64,000 nt of DNA, taken from Chrysomallon squamiferum. Lineage: Eukaryota > Animalia > Mollusca. Shown piece after piece: positions 15,690-27,901 of the stretch. Each line of letters starts with the position of its first letter. Position 1 is the first letter of the stretch. The stretch spans positions 14,570,001 to 14,634,000 of the forward strand of contig CM022673.1 of the NCBI GenBank assembly GCA_012295275.1. Direction: 5' to 3'. The notes under the pieces are model-generated. The model was not told the DNA's origin. It was given only the letters and a program-made list of their open reading frames with translations, and did no database searches. Made by a program: the position numbers and the translations under genes.

Positions 15690-17060
15690 CAATGACATAG
15701 TAGATTAAGCATTTACGTGTTGTCGACAGTGTAAAATAGCGCTATCAATACTGATCTCTGATATAACTATCATCATGCACTGTAGGACGTTGGATCGACT
15801 CTCCAGCTCGGTGTAATTCCGTGTCTCACAGAAATAATCTTGTAAGTCAGCAGTAATACAGAGGAACATACATCAAGAACAGAAACTGAGCTCTGTGTCT
15901 GTCCTTGCAGTGTCTTGGCTAGACAAACAGGACTCCAGAGAGCCCAGGCCAGACGTGCAGTTCTCTCTCTCTCCCTGTCCGGTGTTTAAAGGTCTGTTTG
16001 AGAATTATACAACTCACAGTGTTAATAAATATTCTGTGTAGTCACAGATTGTGAAACCACTCACTGATGTTCTCTGGAGAGTCTTTGAGACGACGTGTAC
16101 AGAAGTTTATCGTCAGAGTTTAAAAAGTTATTGTCGTGTGTTGCCTACTGCTTTGTTAAAACCAATCTCTGATTGCTTGTTTTTAATAAGCAGTTCTGAG
16201 ATTTTGGGGGTTTTAGTTAATACAAGCCAAGTGGGCTGGTGGTGGTGATTCTAGAACACTGGGAATTATGAATGTCACTCAGTTACAAAATGATTCAGTT
16301 ATATTTTATTCCAAATAAAAAAAAAAAAAAAGGTTTTTTAAAATCTAATACTCTGTGAAATGTTATCCAGACGCATCAGTATTTGATGAATGTAAATTGA
16401 TTTTGTTTAAAATATTCAGTAGTGGATCCAGAATCTTTCACAAAATAGAATTTTATTATTGAGTTTATTATCGTGGCTTTGAAGATGAAATATTTTATTT
16501 AACGAAATATATCGGTCGATGTGTTATATTAACATAGATTTTTTAACACGAATATTTACAGGTTATTGACACATTTTATCTTCTCTGATTGTCTGTTCAT
16601 CTGTTATCCATGAGCTTGTCACAGATGTTTACTCTGTGTGCTCCGTGTGTCGCGCTGTTTACTTGTAAACAAATTACGTTCCACTTTAGTGTTTGAGAAA
16701 ATATTCTCCCAATCTGTCTGTAATGACATGCGCAATGGTGATGTGACGAAGTTACAACGACCCGACTCAGTAATAAATTCCCATAGCAATCTCTCGTGCC
16801 GCCAAAAGTATCCCCTTTTAAAGACAACGGCAAACACGGTAAGGAAACATATACATATAGATGGCGCTTTAATGAGATATTGATGCGTGTTATTGCAGTA
16901 GACTGTATATGGGTTCTATAATCTGCACTGCTCATATTGACGATTATTTATATTGACTGACGGTGAATTGATGATGTTATATACATCAAAGCAACAGCAC
17001 ATCAAAGATGCTCTCATTACGAAATCTGAATATTCACAAAAGCTGCTTGTGGATTTCTGC

Positions 17061-17106
17061 TAAAGCGATTGCCTTGGGCGCTGTGAGACCTGGGATCGAT
17101 ACCGCT
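17061..17106 (+). mobile_element. Possible decayed head of a tRNA-derived SINE
   Basis: taaagcgattgccttgggcgctgtgagacctgggatcgatacc has a B-box-like GGATCGATACC preceded by tRNA-like spacing. No complete cloverleaf. Confidence 0.25.
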
Positions 17107-18544
17107 CAGAAGATTCCTGTTATTTATTTTTCTTCTTTCACTGAAACTTGTCATTTCCCGTCTTTGAGATCACAAGATACTGCTGCCACTTGTGAAATTT
17201 ACTGTAACTGGTTTCTCCTCTAGCTTAATTTACTACTAAGTTAAGAGATTTATTTTATTTTTAGTCTATTTAAAATTTCATTACTCTTTTTTTTTTTTTT
17301 TTTTAAGTGAATTTTTTTGTCTTTGTTTTAAGTCGCTATTCATTGTCTGATGTGTTTTAAAACTCTTCATTTCTAATTCAGCTGCTGAAGATAAAGACTA
17401 TAAAAAAAAAAAATTAACAGTTGCTCTCCATTAAAGTTTTTAAAACGAATTAAAATAATCAAATTTGGTTCACGTTTGGCGTCATTCTGTAGGTAGTGAC
17501 AAACGACGTGAGATACGTGACTTACTGAAGCGTGTGTTAACTGAACAGTTACCACGAAAACATTAAGCGCGAAAGCAATATGTCTGAAAACACTAACTGT
17601 CTGCAGAGCTTTTAAATTACTTATTACGTGTAGTGTCCGTTCATTCTTCTAATCGATTTCTAGATTAACTATCATTTTAAAATGATCAACTCTAGTGTAT
17701 CTTACATTATTTAATTATCAACTGTTACATAATCTGAAATTAGTTATCAACTGTCATATATCTAATTGTCATATACCTATCTTTTGCTTAACCATCAGCT
17801 TCTATAATTGTATCTGAAATTGTTTAATTATCAAATGTCACATATGTAGCACTTGTTAAATTATTAATTGTCATATATTTAATTATCGACTGTTGGTTTC
17901 TAGTGGTTAGAATGTTTACAGTTGGGAATGTACAAGATAACACGTACCACATGTTTTTGATTTATACACAAAAACAAGAAGCTTCTTATTAACACACCAC
18001 CTATAATTACCTTATTAGCTGTTATCTGTATGTTCACTTTAACAGAATCACCGCAACATTGCGAGTTATTTTGATTTTTGTTAGGAGTACGTGAAGAAAG
18101 AACAGTCCGTATAGAAACAGTGTAAAATCTGGGTCACTGTGATGTTGTTTAACACCTCAGCGCCACACCAGGTAGTTATTATTAAAACACTGATCTGCTC
18201 GTAACGAACAGGTGAGATAGTCACAGGTAAATACCTTATTAACAGTGACGTAATACGATAGAGTTTTGTGTAAAACAGATTTGTTTCACGGCAGTTCTCG
18301 ACAGGGGTTTTCTTAAAATAAAAATAAAAATATATTTTTGTATTGCAAGATGCATATACCACGACATACTATTTTAATTCTGACTGAAATACTAACACTG
18401 TAGCTTCTACCTTCTAACATATACTAACATTATCTTCAGCAGGTAACCTGGATTCCCATGTTGTCTGCCCATATCAGGCGTGCTTAAATCAGTTGTAGTG
18501 AAGCAATGGCACTTTCATACATATGACTTTGTACATTTATATAT

Positions 18545-18701
18545 GTCATAGTATGTATGTATGTATGTGTATGTGTGTGTGTGTGTATATATATATATGT
18601 ATGTGTTTATGTGTTTGTGTGTATATATATATACATATGTGTGTATGTATGTATGTATTGTATGTGTTTGTCTGTGTTTATGTTTGTATATATGTACTGT
18701 A

Positions 18702-18737
<36 letters not shown>

Positions 18738-19690
18738 TTTGTATGTGTGTGTGTCTGTGTATATATATATGTATGTATGTATGTTTTATGTGTTTATGTG
18801 TTGTATATATGTGTTTGTATGTATTGTCTTTTGTCTGTATGTATTTGTTTTGTATGTATATATGTGTGTGTGTATATATATGTGTTTTTGTGTGTCTGTG
18901 TAAATGTATATATGTGTGTATGAGTTTGTGTGTATGTACATATATATGTATGTATATATAAATGTTTGTGTGTATTTGTGTGTCTGTCTTTGTGTATATG
19001 TTTGTATGTATATATGTATATATGTGTGTGTATGTATGTATGTATGTGTGTGTGTATGTGTGTGTGTATGTATGTATGTGTGTGTGTGTGTATGTATGTG
19101 TGTGTGTGTATTTATATATATATATATATGTGTGTGTATGTATGTAGGTGTTTATGTGTTTGTGTGTATTTATAAATATGTGTGTATTTGTATGTATATG
19201 TTTCAATGTATATATGTATATGTGTGTGTGTATTGTATGTATGTGTTTTGCCTGTGTGTATATATTTGTATGTATGTGTGTCTGTGTGTATGTATTTGTA
19301 TGTATGTAGTTGTGTGTATGTACATATGTATGTATGTATATATATGTGTGTGTATTTGTGTGTGTCTCTGTGTAAATGTATATATGTATATATTTTTATT
19401 GCATTAATTTTTGAGTTTGTGTGTATGTATGTATATATGTTTCTGTATATATATATATATTTTTTATTGCATTAATTTTTGTTTGTATATATATATATAT
19501 ATATGTGTGTATATATATATATGTATATGTGTATGTGTGTGTGTATGTATGTGTGGGTATGTATATATGTATATGTGTATGTGTGTGTGTATGTATGTGT
19601 GGGTATGTATGTGTGGGTATGTATGTGTGTGTGTATGTATGTGTGGGTATGTATTTGTGTGTGGCTGTGTTATGTGTTTGTGTGTGTAAA
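18545..19690. repeat. ~1.1-kb compound (TG)/(TA)/(TATG) microsatellite
   Basis: Continuous purine-pyrimidine alternation. Source of many spurious MYVC/HTYI ORFs. Confidence 0.95.
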
Positions 19691-21129
19691 CAAGAGGGTC
19701 GTGCTATTAAGAAGGGAACCATACTTCTCCACTTTGGACAAAATGCAGCAGGAACTTGTTGAATGGTCGATGTTATTGTCAGAAATCGATTTCGTACAAT
19801 GACCTTGACCTCGACCTATGATCTACTCACAGTCAAAGACAGTGCGAGCAGAAAACAGTTCAGACGTTGCGTAAACGCCGAGGAAAACGGACAGGGATGA
19901 CCCCAAGCGAGACACTTACAAGATAATTTTCTTTTCCTGTTCTATTGGTGTTCCGGTTCTGCGTTCAGTGACCACGGGAAATCAATAGAAATAATTGAAT
20001 CAGCGAGTAAAGGGCAAATTAGCCAGGTGTCCTCATTCGTTTTCTCTCGACCTTCTTTTTTTTTCACTGTGTAATTTTAACGCGTCTGCTGAAGTATTGT
20101 TACTATAGCAACACCGCTTTGTAAGCATCTGACTTCAGACTTCCAGATTTGAAAGACAAATAAATCAACAGTTGTTTTGGGTTTTTTTTTTTTTTTTTTC
20201 TTGAAGTAATTATTTGTATTAAATCAGATCAGCTTTGGTTGTATATATGTAGTATTTATAGATTTGTCGGCAGAAACGATTATAAGTATCGTTGTTGTTG
20301 TTGTTGTTGTTGTTATCGTTACTCTTGTTGTTGCTCTTCTTCTTCTTCTTCTTCTTGTTCTTATTATTATTATTATTATTGTTGTTGTTGTTGTTGTTGT
20401 TGTTGTTATCGTTGTTGTTGGTGGGTGCTGGTCGTCGTTGTGGTGTTACTGTTTTTGTTGTTATCATTTATTTATTTATTTTTTTTGTTTTATTATTTGT
20501 TTGTTTATTTATTTGTTTTGCTTATTTGTTTGATTTATGATTTTTCATTCGCCATAAAATCAGTTCTTCTTGTACGTCTGTTAATCTTTTTCCCTTTTCT
20601 TTCGACTTTTTTTTGCTGTACAAGAGAAGGTGCTTTGTTAGTCTTATTTGTTGCTAATACAACACAAGCAGTAACCCACAGACGTGTTTCCTTTCGTGTA
20701 TCGTCTTAATATTAAACTAACATCACTGTTAATATGTATTACCTTAGTTTTACAGAACAATATAAATGTATAATCCATTGATAGCGTATTTTAATTAAAC
20801 ATCACACTTTGAATAATTGAAATAAGAGTCTGTTACTAAACATTGTCAGCTCAGTATATATATATATTTTTTTTTTTTTTTTTAAATTTGACATCTCGAA
20901 AACAACACAAAACGTCATTGAGTATGCTGACATTAATAAAGAAAAAACCCAGTATAAAAACCACTAACGTTTTGTGAAACCAGAAAGGTTCATCTTTTTT
21001 TTCTTTTTTTTTTTTTTATTGTTCAAATTTGATTTGAACTCGAGTCATGTTACAGCGTGTAACAGAATGTTAAAAACAAAGTTTTATCTCTCTATCTGTC
21101 TGTGTATCTGTTTATCTATCTATCTATCT

Positions 21130-21176
<47 letters not shown>

Positions 21177-21340
21177 TGTGGTGTGTAGCGTTTTCGTTTT
21201 AAATATATTTTGGTTCTACGAATGAATGAATGAATAATGATTATTATTATTATTATTACTTTCAATTGTTAAATTTCTAAATCACTGTTCTTAGTGTTCA
21301 CTTAAAGATATTTCCCCTTAACTCGAACATTCATCAGATA

Positions 21341-21688
21341 TCGACATATCAGTGTCGGACTGTAATGTGTTGACGTCGACATATCGGTGTCGGACTGTAA
21401 TGTGTTGACGTCGACATATCGGTGTCGGACTGTAATGTATTGACGTCGACATATCGGTGTCGGACTGTAACGTGTTGACGTCGACATGGCGGTGTCGGAC
21501 TGTAACGTATTGACGTCGACATAGCGGTGTCGGACTGTAACGTATTGACGTCGACATGGTGGTGTCGGACTGTAACGTGTTGACGTCGACATAGCGGTGT
21601 CGAACTGTAACGTGTTGACGTCGACATAGCGGTGTCGGACTGTAATGTGTTGACGTCGACATGGCGGTGCCGGGCTGTAATGCGTTGA
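21341..21688. repeat. 35-bp CpG-rich palindromic minisatellite, ~10 copies
   Basis: Unit tgtcggactgtaa(t/c)gt(g/a)ttgacgtcgacat(a/g)(t/g)cgg with exact 35-bp period (21353, 21388, 21423...). Confidence 0.96.
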
Positions 21689-22447
21689 TTTCTCGAAAGA
21701 CGTAAAACGACGGAGCTGACCTGGATTAAACGAAGTAAAGAGAGGTCCTCGGCAATAAGCAGTTAAATCCTAACACCGCCACCGAAGTTTGATTTCTCGA
21801 AATCCGTTCAGCGCGGCTCTGCACTACTTTAAACGTTCTTATTTATTAAGACCTGCTATTCCTAAATGGAGCTGTCAAATATATCGCCACAAAAGTCAGA
21901 TAGCGTTCTATTTGGACGGCGATTTATGGCAGACGTGGGGATAAACGGTGTAGGCAGGAAGTGAGGAACTCTCCTGGGTGTTTTCGTTTCCACGTCGTTC
22001 TGGCGTGACGCGGTTCTCGTCTGCTGTTATCTTTGACCATCGACTCTGTACATATACCGCAGCCACGATGCAAAAACTAAAATGTGAAATTCACAATAAT
22101 TTAATCACATTATCTGACGCTAAAACAAAATTAAATATATTAATTCAAGTATTTAAGAGTGCCAGAGAGAAGGAGTTAAAAAAAAAAAAAACAAAAAATT
22201 TATTATAAAAAATGAAAATTGAAATGAAATTAAGAACTGAAATTGACTTGTTTAAGAATGTTTCCAAGTACGAATGAAATACAACGTTAAAATGAAAATT
22301 CAAAACTGAATGTTTAAAATGACCTAAGTTCAGATCTAAAACCTTAAAACTAACACTTAACTTTCAAACTTGATGATCTTTCTTTTTCTGTTTTATCAAA
22401 TTTGACTAAACATCTGAGGCACCCATTCGTATTTATATAAATAAATA

Positions 22448-22824
22448 AATTAAAACAAAATAAGAACTCATACAGACATCGAATGAAAAACACATAAAAA
22501 TATTTGTTTATAAGTATACAAGAAATATATAAAAAACGAAAAAATTAATGCAATAAAAATAAACAGACAAATACATAAGCAATAAGTAAATAAACAAACA
22601 CCTTAAACAAAAAAATAAAAAAAATATACATACATACATATATCAAATATAAACCGACAACTGCATAAACAAACGCCTTAAACAAACAAACAAAACAAAA
22701 ATTAATAAAAAAAAACCATACATACATACATATTTTCATTGCATTAATTTATTTATTTCTTGATATATTTCTTGCACACCTATAAACATTCCATGTTTGT
22801 ATAAGCTCTTGTTTTGTTTTAATT
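22448..22824. mobile_element. MITE-like / foldback element with imperfect ~100-bp inverted arms (22448-22560 and 22732-22824)
   Basis: aattaaaacaaaataagaactcatacagacatcgaatg...tttataagtatacaagaaatatat...aaaattaatgcaataaaaat is the reverse complement of attttcattgcattaatttt...atatatttcttgcacacctataaacattccatgtttgtataagctcttgttttgttttaatt. No coding capacity, no clear TSD. Confidence 0.55.
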
Positions 22825-23006
22825 AATTTTGTTATTGTCCGCGCTTATTTACCGTGTGTAACATGTGTACGTATGTTAATAACACTGGCGAAGATTCCTT
22901 ACACCAGGAAAAGCGTGAAGAAATATTTTAACCCGATCTGACACGCAGTGTAAACACAACAAAAATTACTCATAGAAGAGCCTGTTTAATAATAATAAAT
23001 GATCAG

Positions 23007-23262
23007 TGAAAAACAAAAACAACAGCAACAGTAAGGTCAACGACAACAAACAGCAACAATAAGGTCAACGACAACAAAAGATAAAAATGAAACACAGGAA
23101 CAGCAAAAGCACATTTATAAACGTGAAACATAAAATATTCAGCGCTATGCGTTACTGGAGCACAGCGCCAATTTGGCTATTTCCGTTTCAGCAGGTTTAG
23201 TAAAGACTCCTTTTTTTTTTGCTGTCTATGAGAAGGTGTAAGTAAGTCAGGAATATTACTTG
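23007..23262 (+). repeat. Dispersed direct repeat, copy 1 (~230-255 bp)
   Basis: Nearly identical to 27250-27480, e.g. cacatttataaacgtgaaacataaaa.attcagcgctatgcgttactggagcacagc.ccaatttggctatttccgtttcagcaggttta. Confidence 0.93.
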
Positions 23263-23445
23263 TTTTATTTCACAACAAAACATCGTGGATTAATTTCCTA
23301 TAATCATTGTTGAGAGCACACCGCATTTATTAATAATCTGCCATTGTTTATTAAACCGCGCGCCATTTATCTGTAAACAGTATATTTTATAACACAGCAC
23401 GCCAACTGCCATAGTTTTAATTAGCAGAATTCAGCTTACACAGGT

Positions 23446-24018
23446 TACAGTGTATAAAACTACGTACAGTGTCTGATTAAAAATATTACTGTATATAAAA
23501 CTGTACACAGTGTCTGGTTAAAAATGTTACAGCGTAATTGTATAAAGTGTCTGGATAAACATGTAACAGTATAAATGTCTGATTAAACATGTTGCAGTAT
23601 AACTGTATGAAGTGTTTGGTTAAACATGTTACAGTGTAGGCTATACCTATATAAAGTGTCTGTTTAAACATGTTACAGTATATATCTATATAAAGTGTCT
23701 GGTTACACGTTACAGTATAACTGTATACAGTGTCTGGTTATACGTTACAGTATAACTGTATGCAGTGTCTGGTTATATATCTATATAAAGTGTCTTGTTG
23801 AACATGTTATAGTATATATCTATATAAAGTGTCTGGTTAAACATGTTACAGTATATATCTATATAAAGTGTCTGGTTAAACATGTTACAGTATATATCTA
23901 TATAAAGTGTCTGGTTAAACATGTTACAGTATATATCTATATAAAGTGTCTGGTTAAACATGTTACAGTATATATCTATATAAAGTGTCTGGTTAAACAT
24001 GTTACAGTATATATCTAT
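23446..24018. repeat. 39-bp minisatellite
   Basis: Unit gtatatatctatataaagtgtctggttaaacatgttaca. Perfect copies at the 3' end, degenerate copies at the 5' end. Confidence 0.94.
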
Positions 24019-24829
24019 TTTACATTTTGTAATATCTGTTTTAAATAGTTTAAATAGAGTTTAGATATTTTTTTCACTAATGTTTGTTTCTCTCTTTGTT
24101 TGTTCTTTGGTCTCATTTTTCTTTTTTCTTTCTACTCTGAACGTTTTAATCTGTACTGTTGTTCTCATTAAACGTGTCGGTTAATTCAAACTTGATTAAT
24201 TTTTGCAAACGCGTAACTCGAGATTGAACTCAATTATTTGCAGTATCAGGTTAACGTGTATGAGTGTTGTGTCATGTGTTAACAAACAGAGCACCTGTTT
24301 CACAGTTGTTAATTGATTTTATTTACATCATGCTGTTAATCATTATCGCCTTTCAAACAATAAATCCGAACCCGTATGAAAATCAGGACTGGCTATCGGT
24401 GTCCGTTTGGTTAGCACTGGGAACGACATAAAGGGGTGGAGGTCACTGGACACAGAAGTCGTCTGCTGGGTGTCTTTAAGTAGAGGCAGCGCTAGAGGGG
24501 GGTGTCTGTTAGGTAAACACGAGGTGATTAGTTAATCAATATGTTACAGTAATTGGTGAGTTGAGTATCGCCATTGTGAAGCTTCGGTGTGAGCTGTAGA
24601 CGTTCTTGGTAGAGACCACACACCGACCACGTCAGCGTGGCCATGGGTTAGAGATGATGTTAGGGAATACGTACGTACGTCGTGAATTTGGATGTTTAAG
24701 GTAGCTGTGATGTGATGAGAATCAAGGTAAGAGTTTGTAGACGTGTGTAATAAAGCTCACGTATTCACGTATTCACGTGTCCAGAAATGTGTTTTGTTAT
24801 CTACCAGATTTACAAAATACAGTCATATC

Positions 24830-25230
24830 TTTGTCATTAGTGACAACAGTGCATTTAGAAAATATAATTATATATTTATTATTAGTGAAAAAACAGTGAG
24901 TGTAGGCTCTCAAAATATAAATATTAGTGATAACTAATTATTTGTCCATTAGTAGTGACAACTAACGTACGACTGTTCAGAAAATATAACTGTGTTGTTA
25001 TTAGTGAGAACTGTATTTAAAAAATATAATTTTATGTATATTGTTAGTCACTACAGTGTATATAAATATAATTATATTATTAGTGACTACGGTGTATATA
25101 AAATATTACTAGTGACTACAATGTATATAAAATATATGTATATTACTAGTGACTACAGTGTTTATAAAATATAATTATATGTATATTATTAGTGACTAGT
25201 GTATATATAATATAATTATATGTATATTAT
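24830..25230. repeat. Degenerate AT-rich minisatellite (~40 bp)
   Basis: Recurring (t/c)tagtgac(t/a)acagtgtatataaaatataatt. Confidence 0.75.
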
Positions 25231-25567
25231 GTGTATATAGAAAAATGTAATCATATTTTATTGACATGAAAACATTTTATGACTTGAAAGCTTTCATAAC
25301 GAGGCGTTTTATTTTCGTTATTGAACTAAATATTTTTATTTTATTGCTTCATCAATAACAATTACAGTCAATATTAGCTGAGGGGGTACAAACAAAGAAA
25401 AGTCACAGAACGCACGTGACGTGGTTAATCAATGGCGTAGATGAAATAGGTGGATGATCAATCCTCCACGCTAATCTCCTTCCCGTTCTAGACAGTGGCT
25501 CGCAACAGGTGTACGAAATAACACGTATTAAAAAAATGAATGTGAAATATAATCTACGTGTTAATTA

Positions 25568-25572
<5 letters not shown>

Positions 25573-25601
<29 letters not shown>

Positions 25602-25672
25602 GTGTGTGTATGCATGTATGTATGTATGTATGTATGTATGTATGTATGTATGTATGTATGTATGTATGTATG

Positions 25673-25711
<39 letters not shown>

Positions 25712-25740
25712 CTATGTATGTATCTACGTATGTATGTATA
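25573..25740. repeat. (TATG)n microsatellite
   Basis: Tetranucleotide run. Confidence 0.95.
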
Positions 25741-26694
25741 CATGAATATACATGTATAGATAGATAGATAGATATTATTTTCAGATTCATAATAACGGGT
25801 TAGGCTGCACTATGTTAATGTTATGTAACTAATATTATAAAATCAAAGTATTTAGAGTTATTCAAACATGAAAACCATCATCTACGTTCTGGTACTGTTA
25901 AAGAAAACACAGCCATTCCACGTAGTTGAACTGTTTTAATATTTTATTTATATGATAGTCAATATCAGCTTCGTCACAAGACTCCGTGGGCAGGCATCTG
26001 AATGGGACACTAAACGCGTATGAAAACAATGATACACAGCATCATGCGGTTGACACAATTTTATTTGTAAGATTCAGTTACGCAGCAGAATTAGACACAG
26101 TTTTAATACCTGATTACGGTGTTAAACTAGATGCTTGATTTCATTAAATAAAGAAGCTGTTTTATTACTGCGCCAAGTTTCTGGATCACCACGAATTGTG
26201 TTAATAGATTTTAAGAATCGCACAGTTAATTTTCTGGGTACCACGAACTGAAGCCAACAGCTCGTTAGTGTGTTAAGAGTGCAGGCGACATTTCAATGTG
26301 GCCAGGTCCGTGCAGTTCATTTGTAACTGGGGTTTTTTTTCTTCAAAACTTTCACTTTTTACCACGCTGACAGATTGGTGAAAGAGATGGTAGCGATTAC
26401 AAAGTCATTTACATCTGAATTAAAAACTCTTCAATTAGATTCACGATTTCTAGTGAAAGAAAGAAAGAAAAAAAAAAAGAGTACAGAGATCGATTTTTTT
26501 TTAATTCAAATTGCATGCAGTAATTTAAAATAAAGTTAGAAGTTAAAAACACCGTTAGTAATAGATTTAATTTTTTTTCTAACACTCTCTGTCTTTGTCT
26601 CTCTTTCAATCTATCAGTTTCTTTCTTTCTCTCTATCTATCCATCATTCTTTAACTCTCTGTTTCTCTGTGTGTACACGCACGCAAACACACAA

Positions 26695-26728
<34 letters not shown>

Positions 26729-27249
26729 GTATATATCTGTAGCTGTGTGTCTCTGCCTCTTTGTTTTTTCTTTTTCAGTCTCTCCATCTCTGGCTGTCTC
26801 TTTGTCTGTATTTCAGTATTTATCTCTCTCTTTTTCTTTGTCCTTCTTCCTCTCTCGCTTTCTCTCGCTTTCTGTCTGTGTTTTACTCTGACTGTGTCAC
26901 TTAACTACAAAATCAGTTAAACAAATAAATTGATACAGTTACCGCAGAAAACGTCTGTTTTGTGGGGCACTCAGAAACAAGAATGTGTTGTCGTGGTAAC
27001 GGTAATGCAGAATAAAACATTTTAATGGATCGAGAGACGCAGAGAATTTAAATCGAGTTTTTATTTAGTTCGAGTTGATAGAGAATCAAACTCGTACAGT
27101 GTCAGTTTAATAGTAGCTGTGTGTAACTTGTAAATACATAGATGGAGATTTGAAAATTTTGTGTTTAACGAAAACCAAGGTCAAGTGTAATTACCGATGT
27201 AGCTAGGCGCCAACGTGGGCAACACTAACACATCATCATTGTAATTCTC

Positions 27250-27480
27250 TGAAAAACAAAAACAACAGCAACAACAACAGCAACAATGAGGTCAACGACA
27301 ACAATAGATAAAAAAAGAAACACAGGAACAGCAAAGGCACATTTATAAACGTGAAACATAAAACATTCAGCGCTATGCGTTACTGGAGCACAGCACCAAT
27401 TTGGCTATTTCCGTTTCAGCAGGTTTATTAAAGACTCCTTTTTTGCTGTCTATGAGAAGGTGTAAGTCAGGAATTACTTG
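27250..27480 (+). repeat. Dispersed direct repeat, copy 2
   Basis: Matches 23007-23262 in the same orientation, about 4.2 kb away. Confidence 0.93.
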
Positions 27481-27862
27481 CTGCTAACCAAAGCAAAACG
27501 TTATTACTCGTAGTTTATTTTCATCTCATGTAATATTTATTAATAATCTTCTGATTATTACGTGATAACCGGCATTAATAATGAGTTATTTTTTCTTAGA
27601 TAAAAATTATTTCAGGATAAAAGAAACCTCGCAATTGAGGGGCAGATAATTAAAAGGTATTCCATTCTGTTGCGCTATATTTCTCATTAACATTTCACTT
27701 ACCCTACAATCGTGTTTTAATTTGTATTGGAGTAACTGCTGAAATGAATGAATGAATTAACAAATAAACAGATATGCATAAACAAAGAAACAAATAAGTA
27801 AACAAGTAAATAAATAAATGAATGAATGAATGAACAAACGAACGAACGAACGAATGAACGAA

Positions 27863-27901
<39 letters not shown>

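Noticed and set aside
17061-17106. Functional tRNA gene
   Set aside because: Only a B-box-like T-arm remnant. No acceptor stem or intact A box.
18523-19802. Cluster of 60-199 aa Cys/Tyr/Val or His/Thr ORFs
   Set aside because: Translations of TG/TA microsatellite, which lacks stop codons.
21341-21688. CRISPR array (35-bp palindromic repeats)
   Set aside because: Units are head-to-tail with no unique spacers, there are no cas genes, and the context is eukaryotic.
23695-24048. Repeat protein (IYIKCLVKHVTVY)n, and similar ORFs at 8054-8360 and 51585-51893
   Set aside because: Minisatellite units that are multiples of 3 keep frames open by chance.
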